Part shown: positions 26,475-40,697 of the stretch, in pieces
Position numbering within the stretch: position 1 is the first letter of the stretch
Layout: every line of letters begins with the position of its first letter
NCBI GenBank assembly: GCA_021613535.1
Contig: CP075492.1
Span: 18,352,001-18,416,000, forward strand
Reading direction: 5' to 3'
Length of the DNA stretch: 64,000 nucleotides
Origin: Adineta vaga
Taxonomy: Eukaryota; Animalia; Rotifera
The notes under the pieces: generated by a model
Seen by the model: the letters and a program-made list of their open reading frames with translations, nothing else
Databases searched by the model: none
What the model was told of the DNA's origin: nothing
Program-made: the position numbers and the translations under genes

Positions 26475-27990
26475 ATGCGATTATCATTTCAACGAACAGG
26501 TATTTTAAGTAATTTATTTGCTCGTATCGATGCAGTTTATCTCGATGATGAATATAATAAACGTAGCAAATATATAATCCCTCCAATTTACTTTGTAATT
26601 ACATGTATTTTTCTTCCATTCTTAATCTCACGATTTCCCATTGAAATTTATAATCAATTAAACGGTCCATTTCATTTAAATCTTGATCAATTCACTTCTC
26701 ATTTGATTCATTTTAATCAACATGAATATGATGAAATTTCTCTTCAAATTGGTTCATGGCCATTTCAACAAGAATATTTTCAAATTGAACTTGGTGAAGA
26801 TCAAATCGATCAAGATAGTTCACATATTCTTCGTGAATCAACTTCACCTTTTTCATATTTCAAAACATCGTACACTATGAAAGCTGCTAAGAATGATGAC
26901 ATTTATCATGCTCTCTATCCTAATCGACTCTATATTAAATTAGCCTCACGTGGAGAGAAACATTTTTATCATCGTCATCCTTATCGTTTTCATTTATTCA
27001 CTATGAAAACATTACGATGTATTGTTCGACAATTTGATATTTTATCTACAAGTTATATGAAATGGAATGATAAAGAAATATTTGTCAAAAAAATTGAAGA
27101 AATTTATGAACAAAATTCAACTATATTCAATATGAAAGTGATAACAAAATGTGGTATTTTAATTGGATATCTTTATCGACCACAAGATTCAATTGTATTT
27201 ATGTCAGGTTGGAATGTTTCACATTTATTTCATGATCTTGATATTGGATTAGATACAGCATCTTCTTACTTTTCATATACAATTTATTTTTGTATTTGTC
27301 TTTTATTTACTTGCAATTCAATTAAAATTCTTTGTAATTTAATAATATATTATTATAAAATCTATCGTAAACGAATGTTAGTTATTCCTAATCAAGTAAA
27401 AGATCAATTTGATTTACTTCGATACGATACTTTACAAAAATTAGATGAAACAATTGTAAATATACCAATGGATCGTTGTTATATGAATCGTTTATTTATT
27501 ATAAAAGATAAATATTTACTTATTTTTATGATCGATCCAAATGAATGTGATACAAATATTTTACTTAATTTTTATGATAATTCACCAATTATTGTAATTC
27601 CTATTGAAAATATTGATATGATTAATTCTTTGGGGATAGGATTTTCATATAGATTAGATCGACATCTTCTTTCTTTTCCATTACCTTATTTTTCCGATGA
27701 TAATATTAGTAATTGGCTTTATCAAACAATTATCAATATTGATGAGAAATATCAATATCGGTAGGCTTTTGTTTTTTTATTCCTTTTGAATAATATAAAT
27801 CCTTTTCGTTTTAGTTATCTTCTAAAACAATTTCGAAGAGACGAAGAATAATTAACACAAGAACGTCATTTAATTGAGTTAATTAATGAAAAACGACAAA
27901 AACAATTTATAAATTATATAAATAGTTGCGAACGGAGGACAGAGGATATCCTCGTGCTCATCCATTATGTCATCACGAAGTCAAAATAAT
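26475..27990 (+). CDS. Membrane protein of unknown function (two TM segments flanking a luminal region)
   Basis: 429-aa ORF with two hydrophobic stretches; probable short intron about 27761-27813 and a terminal exon. The 3' end is approximate. Confidence 0.55.
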
Positions 27991-28118
27991 CGATGAATTA
28001 CCTTTGGAAACTACTTCTGCATACTCAAAGATTGACAGAAGATGGAGCTTGTAATCTTGGTTTTAATTTAATAAAAGACTTTTTTTGTTCAATATTCCTG
28101 TTACACTTAGTCGTAAAA

Positions 28119-28170
28119 AGGGTGAAGGTATGGATTTAGATGAATTAAGAATACTCAGCTGCACCCTCAA
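28119..28170. repeat. Telomere-like palindromic element (degenerate)
   Basis: AGGGTGAAGGTATGGA...GCACCCTCAA. Confidence 0.5.
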
Positions 28171-28554
28171 GTGACCATAAGTCGTGCACATCGAAAAGAC
28201 TTCTCATGATAATTTTAATTTTCAGACATTCCAGAATGATCTATCTCTTTCATACATTTTTTGCAGTATACATAACTCTCGGCTGAAATCTGAAGTTTCT
28301 GCATTTATTTAATCCCCGTGTTACACAGTGAGATAATCGTCTAAATCAAAAACAGAAAGGAAACTTGATTAATTATCAAGGGAAGATTTGTCAAAGTGTC
28401 GTGCTTGTTCCGGTGCATACGGCAATCAAAAAGAAATAAGTATACACAGAACATGATGTTCCAAAGTGTTACCAGCGAGAAATTTGCGTCACAGACAAAT
28501 AGCGCAGTTTGTAATAAGAAAAGGAATGTGCACAATCGTTTGAAATGTAGTAGA

Positions 28555-28603
28555 TATAGGGGTGGGGTGAGGGCTAACAGTATAAGCTCATCCACACCCT
28601 CAA
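28555..28603. repeat. Telomere-like palindromic element
   Basis: GGGGTGGGGTGAGGG...CATCCACACCCTCAA. Confidence 0.6.
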
Positions 28604-29388
28604 CCTGCTGTTTACCAACATTTGGTATCATAATACAGACATCTTATCCTAGTTTCTTGATTCGATTTCTCAATTGGTTTCTTGAAATCTGGTCAAAGTG
28701 AATGCCGCGTAAAACAGAATGTGATCGTGTCATTCCAATCCGAACGAGAATAAATGTTTTTTTCTTAATTTCTCATATTTTTGTCATTTCCTTTCGATCT
28801 TTTAAATTCGGATGCACTGACAGGACGAAGATGCCTTTAGCTGTATTTCTTGTTTTCTCAAATATTCTTTATTTTTTTTATTAAGTTTGTTCTGACATAC
28901 ATTTATAATCTGATGAAAACCTTTTTTCTGTCTCATTGTACATGCAAGTATATTATAATGCATTAATAGTATATTGGGTATTTGTGATACACTTCAAGAT
29001 TTGTTAACTAACGCAAAGATTATCATAGAAAGATAAACTAGTAATGAATGATCGAGCGACAACGAAATCAACTGTGATAGTTTGTTTCATTCAAATCTAC
29101 TTTCTTATTATTAATCTCTCATACTGTTACATACTATGTACCATATCTTTAAGTAATTGTTATATTAAAAAATGTCATGACGTAGAAATATAATCTCAAA
29201 GAAAAAAGAATTATAAAATTAGTTTTTATATTTTATATTTATTTAGCCATTAGCAGTGTGCAGAATATTAATGAAAGTGAAGAGAAAGAGTTTAATACAA
29301 ATAAATTCTTTATTGTGAATGTGACAGACACAATCGTATTCAACAATATTATAGAAGAACCATTAAAGATTATACAACATCAGATAGT

Positions 29389-30370
29389 ATGAATACTACT
29401 GCAGCATCATTTTTTTCATACAACTTAAACAGTGAAATCAAACGGATTTCTTCTTATATTTTACCAATTACAGTGACATCAGCAGTGATTGCAAACATCA
29501 TCAATATTGCTGTTCTTTCTCGTCGAAATATTCGATCATCTTCATGTTCTCATTATTTCTTTGCCTTAGCTATATCTACAATAATCTATATAATTATGTC
29601 ACCTCTGAGTCTATTTCTTAGTTATCGATTTGACATAACGATGTCTAATATACCCTTCGGATGTATATTTCAACCGTTCTCTATTTATGTATCATCATTA
29701 CTCGTTGCTCTCATGTTAGTTTGTGCTTCACTTGATCGATTTTTTGCTAGTTCATCATCTGTATATTTACGAAGTTTAAGTAATATACGAATAGCAAAAA
29801 GATCGATTATTCTCATCAGTTTTCTTACTGTTGCCTATTTGAGTCCAGCTTTAAGTATATTTTATTGGGATTACACCACTAATCGATGTATACAATCTTC
29901 ATCAACACTTATTATTGTTTATTTATCTACTCGTATTATTCTTCATTATGTCTTGGCACCAACAATCATGGTTTTATTTGGTTCATTAACAATTTATAAC
30001 ATTCGGGTTCAAATAAATCGTGTAGTACCAGCAAATCAAATGAATTTTCGTGGTCGTCGAACAGAAGGTCAATTAGCTCGAATGTTAATTATTCAAGTTA
30101 GTGCATATGTATTCTTTTCCTGCCCTGCTGCAGTAACATATATATTGACAACATTTATACCTTCAATGAATACAAGTTTTATTAATAACATTCGAACTAT
30201 TACTATCGTTTGGCAACAAGGCACTTATGTTCTCTCAACATTTTTTTATTCTCTCGGCGAGTGTCTATAGAGAAGAATTGAAGAAAATATTCAAATTCAA
30301 TCATTGTTGGGAACAACGATTACGACAGATTACTAACCAACTTCGGACACATATGGATAAAAATACTTAA
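29389..30370 (+). CDS. Orphan class-A GPCR with an apparent frameshift in TM7
   Basis: 7TM (ASLDRF). After the T-run at about 30241-30250 the expected ILSASVYREELKKIF tail continues in another frame to TAA at 30370. Confidence 0.8.
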
Positions 30371-30649
30371 ACACATTAGAATTAGAAGGTGTAAGTAACG
30401 ATATATGAGTGAATTGCGCTAGTACCGTACCGTTGCTTTGAAAAAATGAAAATGCTTATATCGTGACTTCTACTTAACCAGTTTTCAAAATTTAATAAAA
30501 AAATATTCGTTGATGTTTGTTCTATTTTGCTTGAAAATTTCAAATTCTTAGTATGCTATTGCTCTAAGATTTGAGATGAATAAGAAGATCAGAATTAACG
30601 GATTTTTGTGTCATCTATAAATGAAAACCATATAATTAAAAGGGAAAAG

Positions 30650-30698
30650 AAGGTGTGGGTGGATGTGCATGAGAAAATAATACTCACCCATACCCTTC
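30650..30698. repeat. Telomere-like palindromic element
   Basis: AAGGTGTGGGTGGATGTG...CTCACCCATACCCTT. Confidence 0.55.
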
Positions 30699-31024
30699 GA
30701 CTTTCCTATTGAGAAATAAAGCTCTCTGAAATGATTCTTTTAGTAAAAATATTATGTAAATTTATCTTATTAATCGTCTATATCGACATCAGTCCTAATT
30801 CATTAATTAGAATCAAAAGTTTTAAAATATACATGCAAATAAATTATTTAACTACATAAAGAAGTTTTTGTATATTACGACTTATATTATTTCTATTTTT
30901 ATATATCAGACACAACACGTGCGCGCTTATGATATTCTATTATCAAAAAATTCTTTCCAACTAAAATTTTTGTTGCTTATATATTTGTCGTAAAATTTTA
31001 AAAAGTCTATTTTATCACGGAGTC

Positions 31025-34000
31025 ATGTCGTTAATCGGAATTTGTAATGTTGATTGTCTTGAGCAATTTTTGAATACTAATTTAATCAAACTGGAAAATG
31101 TTAATGAAGATGACGAACAATTATTTATAGATATTATCAAAACAATCGATTCATTTACTGCCTACAATAAATTACTTTTGTGTAAACGAAAGATTTTCTC
31201 TCACAAACTATTTATTAAATTTCGACATTGCTATAAAATACAACTGAGTAGATGGAGAATGAAAAATTCTTTAAATCGCTACACTCAAGAAGTTCTGTCG
31301 AAAGTAGGAAATCTGTTTGTTACCATAAGCGAACACATTGATGATACTGATTTAATCATGTTCGAAGAGTTTCTTTTCGAAAAAAATCTTATCGAAGAAC
31401 TTTGTTTATGTCTAAAAAATGTGATTTATCATATCGATGATCCGAATATAGCATATATTGGTAATCTAGTTTATGCAATTGGATGTTTTCAACAAAATGG
31501 AACAATTTTACATAATAATTCATTACAAGAAGATCTTCTCAATGCTATTTGTGAATGTCTTATACGCCCATGGTATGAAATATGTCTTTGTGCAGAGATG
31601 ACTTTAGAACAAACAAATATCTATAATAATTTACTTGATTATATATTGGATTCTTCAGATGAGCATCGCAAACGTTGCTGTGAATTGATATCTATAGAAT
31701 TGATGAAAACAGTTCCTCGATGGTTTCATGAACAAGTTGTCAATGGTTCAATTTTTGATTGGAATGAACAAATCATATTTATTTGTTCGAAATTAATCTC
31801 AATTTTAACAAATCAAATTCGAGAATTTGAAAAGAAGATTGAGGATGATTGTTATGTGAACTTGTATAAATTAATAGTTGACTCATTGCTTATTGTTCTT
31901 TCGATAAGTAACAAAAGAAAATTTAATATATGGAATGGTGTTTTTCTTCAAAATTTGACTGATTTAACATTGAATTCGTGTTTATTGAACATAATTAAAC
32001 AAATGAATTTATCTGAAATATATTCTTATATAATTCAAGATGAACGACCTGACATACAAATGAATGCATGCTATCTGTTATTGACAACTTTATCTAATAC
32101 GGATGTTTCTTTACAGATCGATTTGAAGAAGATCATCTGCTTAGTATTAAAAAGTTTAATTCCACACGATGGCACAACGAAATGTCAACATCATTTAATA
32201 GCTATTATGATTCATTTACAACGTAAGAATTACGCATAATAATAGTGTTTTCGATTTGTTTTCTTAGGTTCATTTCAATGTGAAACAATTAGAAGAGAGT
32301 TTATCAAACAGGATGGATTAGCTCGAATAATACAATTAGCAACTTGTTACAAAAAAGGTTCTTTCAAACTGCGTAATATAGCATTAAAACTGGTTCGTGT
32401 TCTACTCGACTGCTGTACAGATGACTTCAACAGTCTGGTATATACTCTTCCGGTAAGCAGAGAAAAATTTATAATCTTTTGAATTGTATGAAATTTTTCA
32501 ATATTCTCATATGATTTTATTGTGTAAATAGGAGATAAAACCTGGAAGTGAACGAGAATGGTTATTATGGCCATGGAAACTTCACAATTGGAATAATCAT
32601 ACAAAAGGTGGAGGTTTGAGTGTAACAGTGACTATACCTCTAGACAATTTTGATCCGACTATAGGAGTAAAAGCTCTGTTAAAACAGGACAAGTTAATTG
32701 AGGAGAAACATATAGAAGAAGTTGCGCACCGTCATCGAGAGGATATACTTTTAGTTTGGATTTATAAGGATGGAGAAGAAGAAATATTAAGAAATAACAT
32801 CGATCATTTACATAGTATCATACACATTGTTCGCATATATTCCAATTCAAAATGTTCAGAAGCTTTAAAGTTTATTTTAAGCAATCGTCACGAGAATATT
32901 TTTGTTCTTATACATACTTCCATACAAAGATATATAGTAAAACAAATTCAGCATGCCGTTCATATCGCTGCTATTATTGTTTATGATGTTCCTCATTCTT
33001 CTTCAATGAAAACAACAACAGAACTTCAACAGACCAGTCTTGTGCTGTATGAAATTGATCTTCAAAGTTCCATTGATTCATTAGCGATCATAGTCCAGTC
33101 ATACAAAAATCAGACATTTTGGTTTTATGAATCAAAACAACATCTGAGTGCAGATCTCTCGACTGAATCAGCATGTTTTTTATGGCAGTTCTTTCTGACC
33201 CGTATTCTTACTAAAATGCCTCCAATTAATAATGACGATTTTATTGATTTAGCTCGACAATGGTATAAAAACAATCCACTAGTTTTGTATGAGATCGAAC
33301 GTTTTCGTGGAACATACAATAATGGTGCAGCTATAAATTGGATGTTCACAAAGGGTTCGTCATTTATTCAACGTTTGCTTCAAAAAGCATTGAAAGAAGC
33401 TGATATGCAAATCATATGGACAGCTCGTTTTTTTATCATTGATCTTATGAAAACCATTGAATCACAACATGATTCTAAATGTCATACAGGTCGTATTACT
33501 TTGGGCGAATTAATGAGTGCAAAACGGATGCAATTTCTTTTGGAACATCAAGATACTCGTCTGATGGCTAAAGGGTTTCTGATGGGATGCATATACTCAG
33601 AAAAGACAATAAATGATTTACGAAACCGACCACGTTATAGCAATTCTGTTCATGCTGTTCTGTTTGAGATAGATCTAGAGAACAATTGTTCAATTTTAGT
33701 GTTGAATGATGAATATGTTTTATTTAGACTTGATGTTTCATTTTGTATAACTTCGATCAATTTTGATCAATCACTCGATATTTATAGAATTCAATTACGA
33801 ATGTTAAATGATAATGAAATGTGGAACCAATTGTGGCAGAATCATATAAAGTTACTCCAAGAAGTTGGTGATTGTACTGATGAAATCATCTTGTTTGGTA
33901 ATTTACTTGCTGATATGAACCGAGTTCCTGCCGCAATGGATTACTATTTGTCACATATGAATGAATTCACATCTGATTCATTGTTGAACGCTCATCGTTT

Positions 34001-36413
34001 AGTACAGATTGGCCGAATTGCTCTGCGGTGTAATATAACAGATGAGGCTGAGAACTATTATATTATGGGTCTAACTCTATATGAAACACTTGTATCAGAA
34101 AATGATCCATGTTTCATTCGTCTGTTACTTGATCTTATGTTTGTTTATATTAAACAAAAAAACAATCATCAAGCATTTTATATTTATGAACGAATCCAAC
34201 TTATTTTAATAAAGGAATCTTCATCTGTATCGCATACATTACTTTCTTGGAGTGAAGAATTAATATGTTTTTGTCAATTTATAGCATCTAGTCTACAACT
34301 AGCTAGTGAACAGCTCAATAGAAATTTTAAATCATATAAACAGTTGAATTATCAATGCACTCATCCTGTACTCATCGGTGGATTAGCAATTGATATAGGT
34401 GATTTTGCATATAAACAAGGTCATTTTCATCTTAGTCATGATTGTTATGTATTTGCATTTGAAATTGGTAAACAAAACCTAGCCCTTTGCCATCCGATGG
34501 TTGTAGTTAGTTTACAACGTCAACTAATCAATGCGGAAAAATTCTCTCGAAATGATAAACTTACAATTCGTGAGAATCAACTCTTACCTTTATCACAGCA
34601 CTGTCTAACCGATCTAAACGATGATGATAATCAACAAATTGCTGACACTATGCGACAAATTGGTTTTGAATATGCTACCAATGGTATAAATGAAATAGCA
34701 AAATTTTATATAGAAAAATGTATACCAATTTATCAACGACAAATGCCAGTTGATGAAATATCTTTGAATGAATGTCAAGCATATATCTTTCAAATAGAAA
34801 ATAATCCAGACTTGAAATTTGCCAAAACAGATTATAACAAATCTATGAATGATATCTGTTGGAGTGCATGGTATAAATATACTCATTCTTACGACGCAAT
34901 AGAAGCCGAAGATCAGAATAAATTATGGGGTATGTTAACTTACTTCTATGAAGTTTATTTCGAGTACTATAATGTGGTAAATCTTAATTAAAAATTCTTT
35001 CCATATTTAGGTCCAGCTTTATCCAATTTTCATTACAATATGACAGTAGACTCGGGAGTTGTCCGACGATCGTTTATTGTTTGGATTGATACAGACAGAG
35101 ATGCAAATAAAAATAATGCTTTATTAAAAACGTTGAGATCAAATGATAAGATTGAATTACATTTATTTGATAATGTCGATTTGGCTGTTATTTTCCTCTC
35201 AAATAAGGAATTTCAACACGTACAAGTAGTAGTAGCTATTAATGCAGCTGAAGCTTTTCTTAACAAACAAAAAATGTTTAAACTTCAAACAAATATCTGC
35301 TTGACAATGTGTGTATTTGTGTTTGGAATCGAACACAACGAAGAATTATATGTAAAATATCTGAGTTATCTGCAATGTAGCCGAAAATGTTGGGTACAGA
35401 TGTCCGAAGGAATCGAACGATGTCTAATCATGTCAAACGATAGTTCGTTATTATATCGATTCTGTATACAACCAGATGTTGTCGGAATGGGAATTGTTCA
35501 GATGATGCTGTTCGTAGATGTTCAAGCATTTGAAAATGTGTTTCTCGATGAAATAGATTCCACGGACCATCAAGTATATTTGGCTTCGGTTGAAACAAAT
35601 TTTGAATTCATTGGTTATATGTCAAGTTGTCAACTTTCCGCACCGAAATTATTTCATCATCTTCGTTTTGCAAAATCAATTCGTCTTCCGAAACACCAAG
35701 CTCAAATGGTAGCATTCATTATTTTTGGTAGACGACATGGTTTATCATCACGACAAATCGCACTCATATGTCGCTATTTTTCGCCTGGTCGTTGTATTCA
35801 ACCTATAACATTGATCAAATATCTTGTTCGACTTTGGTCACTTGAATCGCCACCCTTCTATCAACTCGTTAATAAAGCATTGGCGGAATGTAATATCGAA
35901 GATGTCCATCTCTTACGTTTTATTATATATGATTATTTTGATTTGTTTAATACCAAATTGTTACCTTATTATGTCGGAACATTGTATCGTGGAATTCAAA
36001 CATCAGAAGAAAATATTCTTTCACTCGCATCATCCATCGGTAAACAGATCTACTTTGTTTGTTTTACATCAACATCGAAAAAAAAAGCACGTGCTATGGT
36101 GGGTGGAAATACTCTATTTATAATTCAAACAATGTCTGAAAAAGAACAAGCAGAATGTCGTACACAAACGAATACGGATATATCATCCGTCTCACAATTT
36201 CCTGAAGAAGAAGAAGTTATCTATGCTCCACTAACCACATTTCTTCTTTTAAGTATTTCATTTATTCGGGATCCAAATGAAAGTGTCAAATACATTGTCA
36301 AACTACGTGAACAAGCCTCAAGTCTTTTTTATCAATTATTTATGGATAAAGAACGATTACCCAATGGTACACCATTTGAAAATGACACAGATATGTGGCA
36401 ATATAAAAGATAA
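31025..36413 (+). CDS. ~1727-aa protein: helical (ARM-like) N-terminus, degenerate ART domain, TPR-like repeats, C-terminal R-S-E ADP-ribosyltransferase domain
   Basis: Exons 31025-32222, 32268-32452, 32532-34929, 35011-36413 splice in frame (5184 nt). C-terminal LYRG, FTSTS and SQFPEEEEV motifs. Confidence 0.75.
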
Positions 36414-36570
36414 GTACAATTAATGTGTTATATATTAAACACAATACTTTGCATTGAACTTTCATATATTTAATATATAGTTATAACACTAACAAAAGAA
36501 AAAACAAAGTTTATGCATCTTAGCACTATGACGATTCGCTGACATCAAATCAAATTGATGGAAATTGTTG

Positions 36571-37200
36571 TTAATTAATTCGATGAGGTGGATCTTTATG
36601 ATTATTGAGATTTTTAGCAAATAATGCTATTACTGCTTCGATATTGTCGTATTGTTTCATTAAATTGTCTAAATCCTGTTTAATAGCATGTTTATGTTCT
36701 TTTTTTAAAGTAAAGCCGGAAACTTTTGTACTATAATGATTTGATAGTTCAGCGAGGTTATTCATAGATGTTTTACTTGATATCACCGCATTTTGTTGAT
36801 CATCAATTGCTTTATGTAATTGTTCCATTGCAACTTTCATAGCCATTCTATCTGTTTCTAAAGCCTGTAATTCCTTTTGATAATTTGATGCTCCTTGTAA
36901 TTCAGACCAACCTTTTGCACCATAATAAATACCAAGACCAAGACCAGCACCTATGATAAGAGAAGGTGCAGCGACTGCTGCAGTGAGAGATCCTAATATA
37001 TATCCAGTTTTCAATGCTATTATTCCTAAATACGTTCCAGTACCATCTTGAGGGTGTGGGGTGGGTGTGGGTGTAGGTGTGGGTATGGGTGTAGATGAAG
37101 AGAAGTGTATTAGCCACACCCACACACACACTCAATAAAACTATAATCTCTCTCACAGAAAATGATCACTTACCTAAAACAATAGGTACCGAAGTCGAAG
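36571..37200 (-). pseudogene. 3' part of a gene with a Gly/Ala-rich hydrophobic hairpin followed by a coiled coil; 5' end missing
   Basis: ORF 36571-37046 (GIIALKTGYILGSLTAAVAAPSLIIGAGLGLG...) with a GTAAGT donor at 37173. No upstream in-frame start was found. Confidence 0.4.
37048..37135. repeat. Telomere-like palindromic element (longest copy, 88 bp)
   Basis: TTGAGGGTGTGGGGTGGGTGTGGGTGTAGGTGTGGGTATGGGTG...CCACACCCACACACACACTCAA. Confidence 0.85.
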
Positions 37201-37769
37201 TTGAAAAGCGTAGATAAAACTAAACACTTGCTTGTAAGTAAATAAACACACCAGTGACTATCAAGCAAAATCTTCACCCTATTTATACTAATGACAAAAG
37301 ACCTAGATCACTCGGAAATCATACATCGAACATATATCTAACCAGATATATCATCAAATTAACAATTGAACAAGGTAAAGTATTCTACTTATAGCAAAGA
37401 TAACCAAAAAGATATCACCGATATAATCATCTTCCAGACCACCGATGTCTATATCCAACAAAGAGCTACACTGAATATATCATCATACACGATAACATCT
37501 ATACTTTCGAGGCTGGACTACAAAACCTAGATTAAATATAATGACTAGATAAATCGAAATACTCTGGATATTATTCTATCATTTGTATTTCATATTCAGT
37601 GATAATCAAATATAGTTCACTATCACTCGCTGTAACATCATCATAACAGTATTCAAACTACTGACGATGGCACTTGGTGTGCTGAAAGCTCTAGTTCATT
37701 TCACTTAATGTAATTATAAAACTAGTATAATAAAACTATTTAAATTCAAGTTTTCTATTGATCTACATT

Positions 37770-40308
37770 CAACTCATTCAGGTATGGGTCGAATGAAAGC
37801 TGATGCAAGAAGATATTTTTGGTGGCCTTCACTCGACAAAGATATTGAAGATCTTGCTGCTCAAGTTCAGATATATGGTGAGAATTCAAAATAACTACCA
37901 AAAGTTCCCTTACAACAATGGCCAGTACCAGAATTACCATGGCAAAGAATTCATATTGATTTTATGGGAAAATTTCTAAACTACTATTATTTGATTGTTG
38001 TTGATGCTCATTCAAAATGGGTGGAAGTTATTGTGATGAATAACATAACAACCAGAGGTGATCACAGGACAGGACATACCGAACATCCTGCCCTCCTGTC
38101 CTGTCCTGACCTGTCCTGCAAGTTAGAGTTTCAACTTTTGTCCTGTCCTGTCCGCACGACAGGATGAATGAGTCAGAGCGGCAGGCAGGGCAGGATGAAC
38201 TCCCTCGTCCTGCCTTTTGATATGACATTTTTGCGTAAGCTTTTCATAAGCAGTAAAACAACTGAAATTAACACTTTAAAATCACTCACATCACTGATTT
38301 TGAGTTTTTCGAGGTTCTAGCATATTAAACACATTTTTTAACTCAAATAAATGGCTTGTTTAAGCAGTGATAGCCATGAATTGTGGATCTTATGTCAGCA
38401 AAAACCACATAAATAATCTATATACGACCTAAGTCTATGTATTATATCACTATTTCATCGGCAAGACACTTTGAACGCAAACACGCTTTAGATTACAATA
38501 TAAATAAAATCCTTCGAATATGCAGATCATAAGCGATAGCCCCTGTTGCTTGTCTGTTTTGGACTCTCATCCAGAGCCTTCAATTTTCCTCACTTATCTC
38601 ATATTACTCTCCATGCATTTTTGTATAACCAGTTACTGGTTCAAGCGTAGAGACAACTATTTGAAACGGAACTCATTATACAATAGGGATAAAAGCAGTT
38701 ATAAGGCTTAATAGTTAGAAAATATTTGATTGATCAGATCTATACAAACATGAGCATTTGTTTGACTAACGACTGTCTGTTTTTATGTACACCAACCTTT
38801 TCTTTGAGCAACAGTTCCTTTCTCAAAGCAAACAGGTCCAAATCTACTCATTTTTGTTATCTAAGTGTATTAGCCGTTTCAATATAATCCGTTATTTTTA
38901 ATTTGTATTATATAGTATTTTTCATGTTATAGTACATATTTTATTAACAGGTCATCTAATATTTTATTTTGGGTTGATTCTCGTAATTATTATTTAGAAC
39001 ACAACTTTCGCACATCTATAATACTGGAACAAGTGGAAGGAAGTATAGATGTAAAATTTAGTATCAAATTCAATTGAAAAAAAAAGACTAAAAACTCATA
39101 TTTGTCCTGCTAAAATCCTGTCCTGTCCTGCAGGTAAAGATTTCAATTTTTGTCCTGTCCTGTCCGCACGGCAGGACGAATGAGTCGGAGCGGCAGGCAG
39201 GACAGGATGAAAAAGTTTGTCCTGTGCTCACCTCTGATAACAACAACGTCAACTATTGATGCACTTTTAGCTCTATTTGCTCATTACGGATTATGCGAAG
39301 AGATTGTTTCAGACAATTGCACACAATTCACATCTGATGAATTTGTTCAATTTTGTGCACGTCATGGTTTACGTCACATACGAACATCGCCTGGACATCC
39401 TCAATCAAATGGACAAGCTGAACGCTATGTTGAAACAGTCAAATCAGCACTTACTAAAAGTATGGCTGATGGTGGAAAATTATCTGAAGTACTGAATAAA
39501 TTTTTATTCTCATATCGATCAACTCCACATGCTACAACAGATGTTTCACCAGCTGAATTGTTTTTAAAACGACAACTACCAACTGTGTTGGATTTATTAC
39601 GTCCTACAGCAGTTGGTTCAACCATTAAAATAGAGAACGTTATCAAAGAAATTTTGATCGTAAAACTCGACAACGTGATTTTCATGCTGGTGACACAGTC
39701 ATTGTTCGAGATTTTCGAAATCGAAATGCTCAAAACAAAATTAAATGGATTTTCGGTACATTGTTATCTAGAATTGGAACTCGAAATTGGAAAGTTCAGA
39801 TTGAACAACAAACATGGAAACATCATGAGAATCAAATTCAAACTCGACAATATACCACTGATGATGATGATGATGATGATGATGATGTGATAATCATAGA
39901 TCCTGATAGGAATTTTATACCTCACACGAATTCACAGAAAACATAGATTAAACAATCGCAAATACTTCGATGTTCTCTCGGATCCGAAAACCAGTGAAGC
40001 GTTTGATCCAAGAAATTTAAAGTGGAGCTGTGATATGGTATGGTATATTCCTACATGATCATAAGGACTTTTACATATACATGATGTATGTGTGTGTTTT
40101 CCTTTCGTTCTTGGTCTTTTTCCTATATGCACATATATATATATACGTTTCTCTATATGTATATATGTGTGTGTGAAGATATACATATATCTTACGTTTC
40201 TCTTCTCTCTCTCTTTCCGATCTACTTGTCTCTCTATTTCCAATAAAGAACTCTTCATATATTTACTGAAATATATACGTTTATTGCGTGGAACTACGAG
40301 ACGTGACA
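37770..40308 (+). mobile_element. 5'-truncated Ty3/Gypsy LTR retrotransposon: integrase remnant, PPT and 3' LTR (about 40029-40308)
   Basis: HSGMGRMKADARRYFWWP, PWQRIHIDF, IVVDAHSKW, IVSDN, HPQSNGQAER motifs with frameshifts. A purine tract precedes TGTGA at 40029; AATAAA at about 40242; the LTR ends ...GTGACA at 40308. Confidence 0.8.
38053..39236. mobile_element. Non-autonomous hAT-like element nested in the Gypsy integrase
   Basis: TIRs CAGAGGTGATCACAGGACA / TGTCCTGTGCTCACCTCTG, 8-bp TSD ATAACAAC (38045-38052 and 39237-39244), subterminal (TCCTG)n repeats. The integrase frame rejoins across it (VMNNITT|TSTIDAL). Confidence 0.92.
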
Positions 40309-40697
40309 GAAAGTGATGATGAGATTATCGAATAAGATATATGAATATTTTTACTATTGCAAATTACGATAGTTTTTGAAATCTTATAAGAAAAAGGAAC
40401 AATCGATGCGTGATGAATTATGTATTTTAAAATTCAAGGATTTTATATTGTATTTGATGAATTAATGGAAATAAATTACTAAATATTTGTGACATGATGA
40501 CATGTTCTTTATAAAAAGAAAGTTCTTGCTAAGTTCACAGTTTGAAAATCGTAAAATATATTTTCTAAATATACATGAAGCATAATGATAGAGAAAAAAA
40601 ATAGAACAGAATTTCCTTTCAATTTCGATTATATCACTGAATAAGTATATAAATATGTTGATTCAATATAGAAAACTTCATTCTTTATCAAAGTAAA

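Noticed and set aside
36902-37156. ORFs with PTPTPT / HTHT repeats (also at 48752 and 59019)
   Set aside because: These are read-through of the (CCCACA)n palindrome arms, not protein repeats.
37200-37760. Candidate 5' LTR of the Gypsy element
   Set aside because: No similarity to the 3' LTR at 40029-40308 and no primer-binding site seen.
39840-39890. Poly-Met / poly-Asp ORF tails
   Set aside because: A (GAT)n microsatellite in the decayed Gypsy 3' region.
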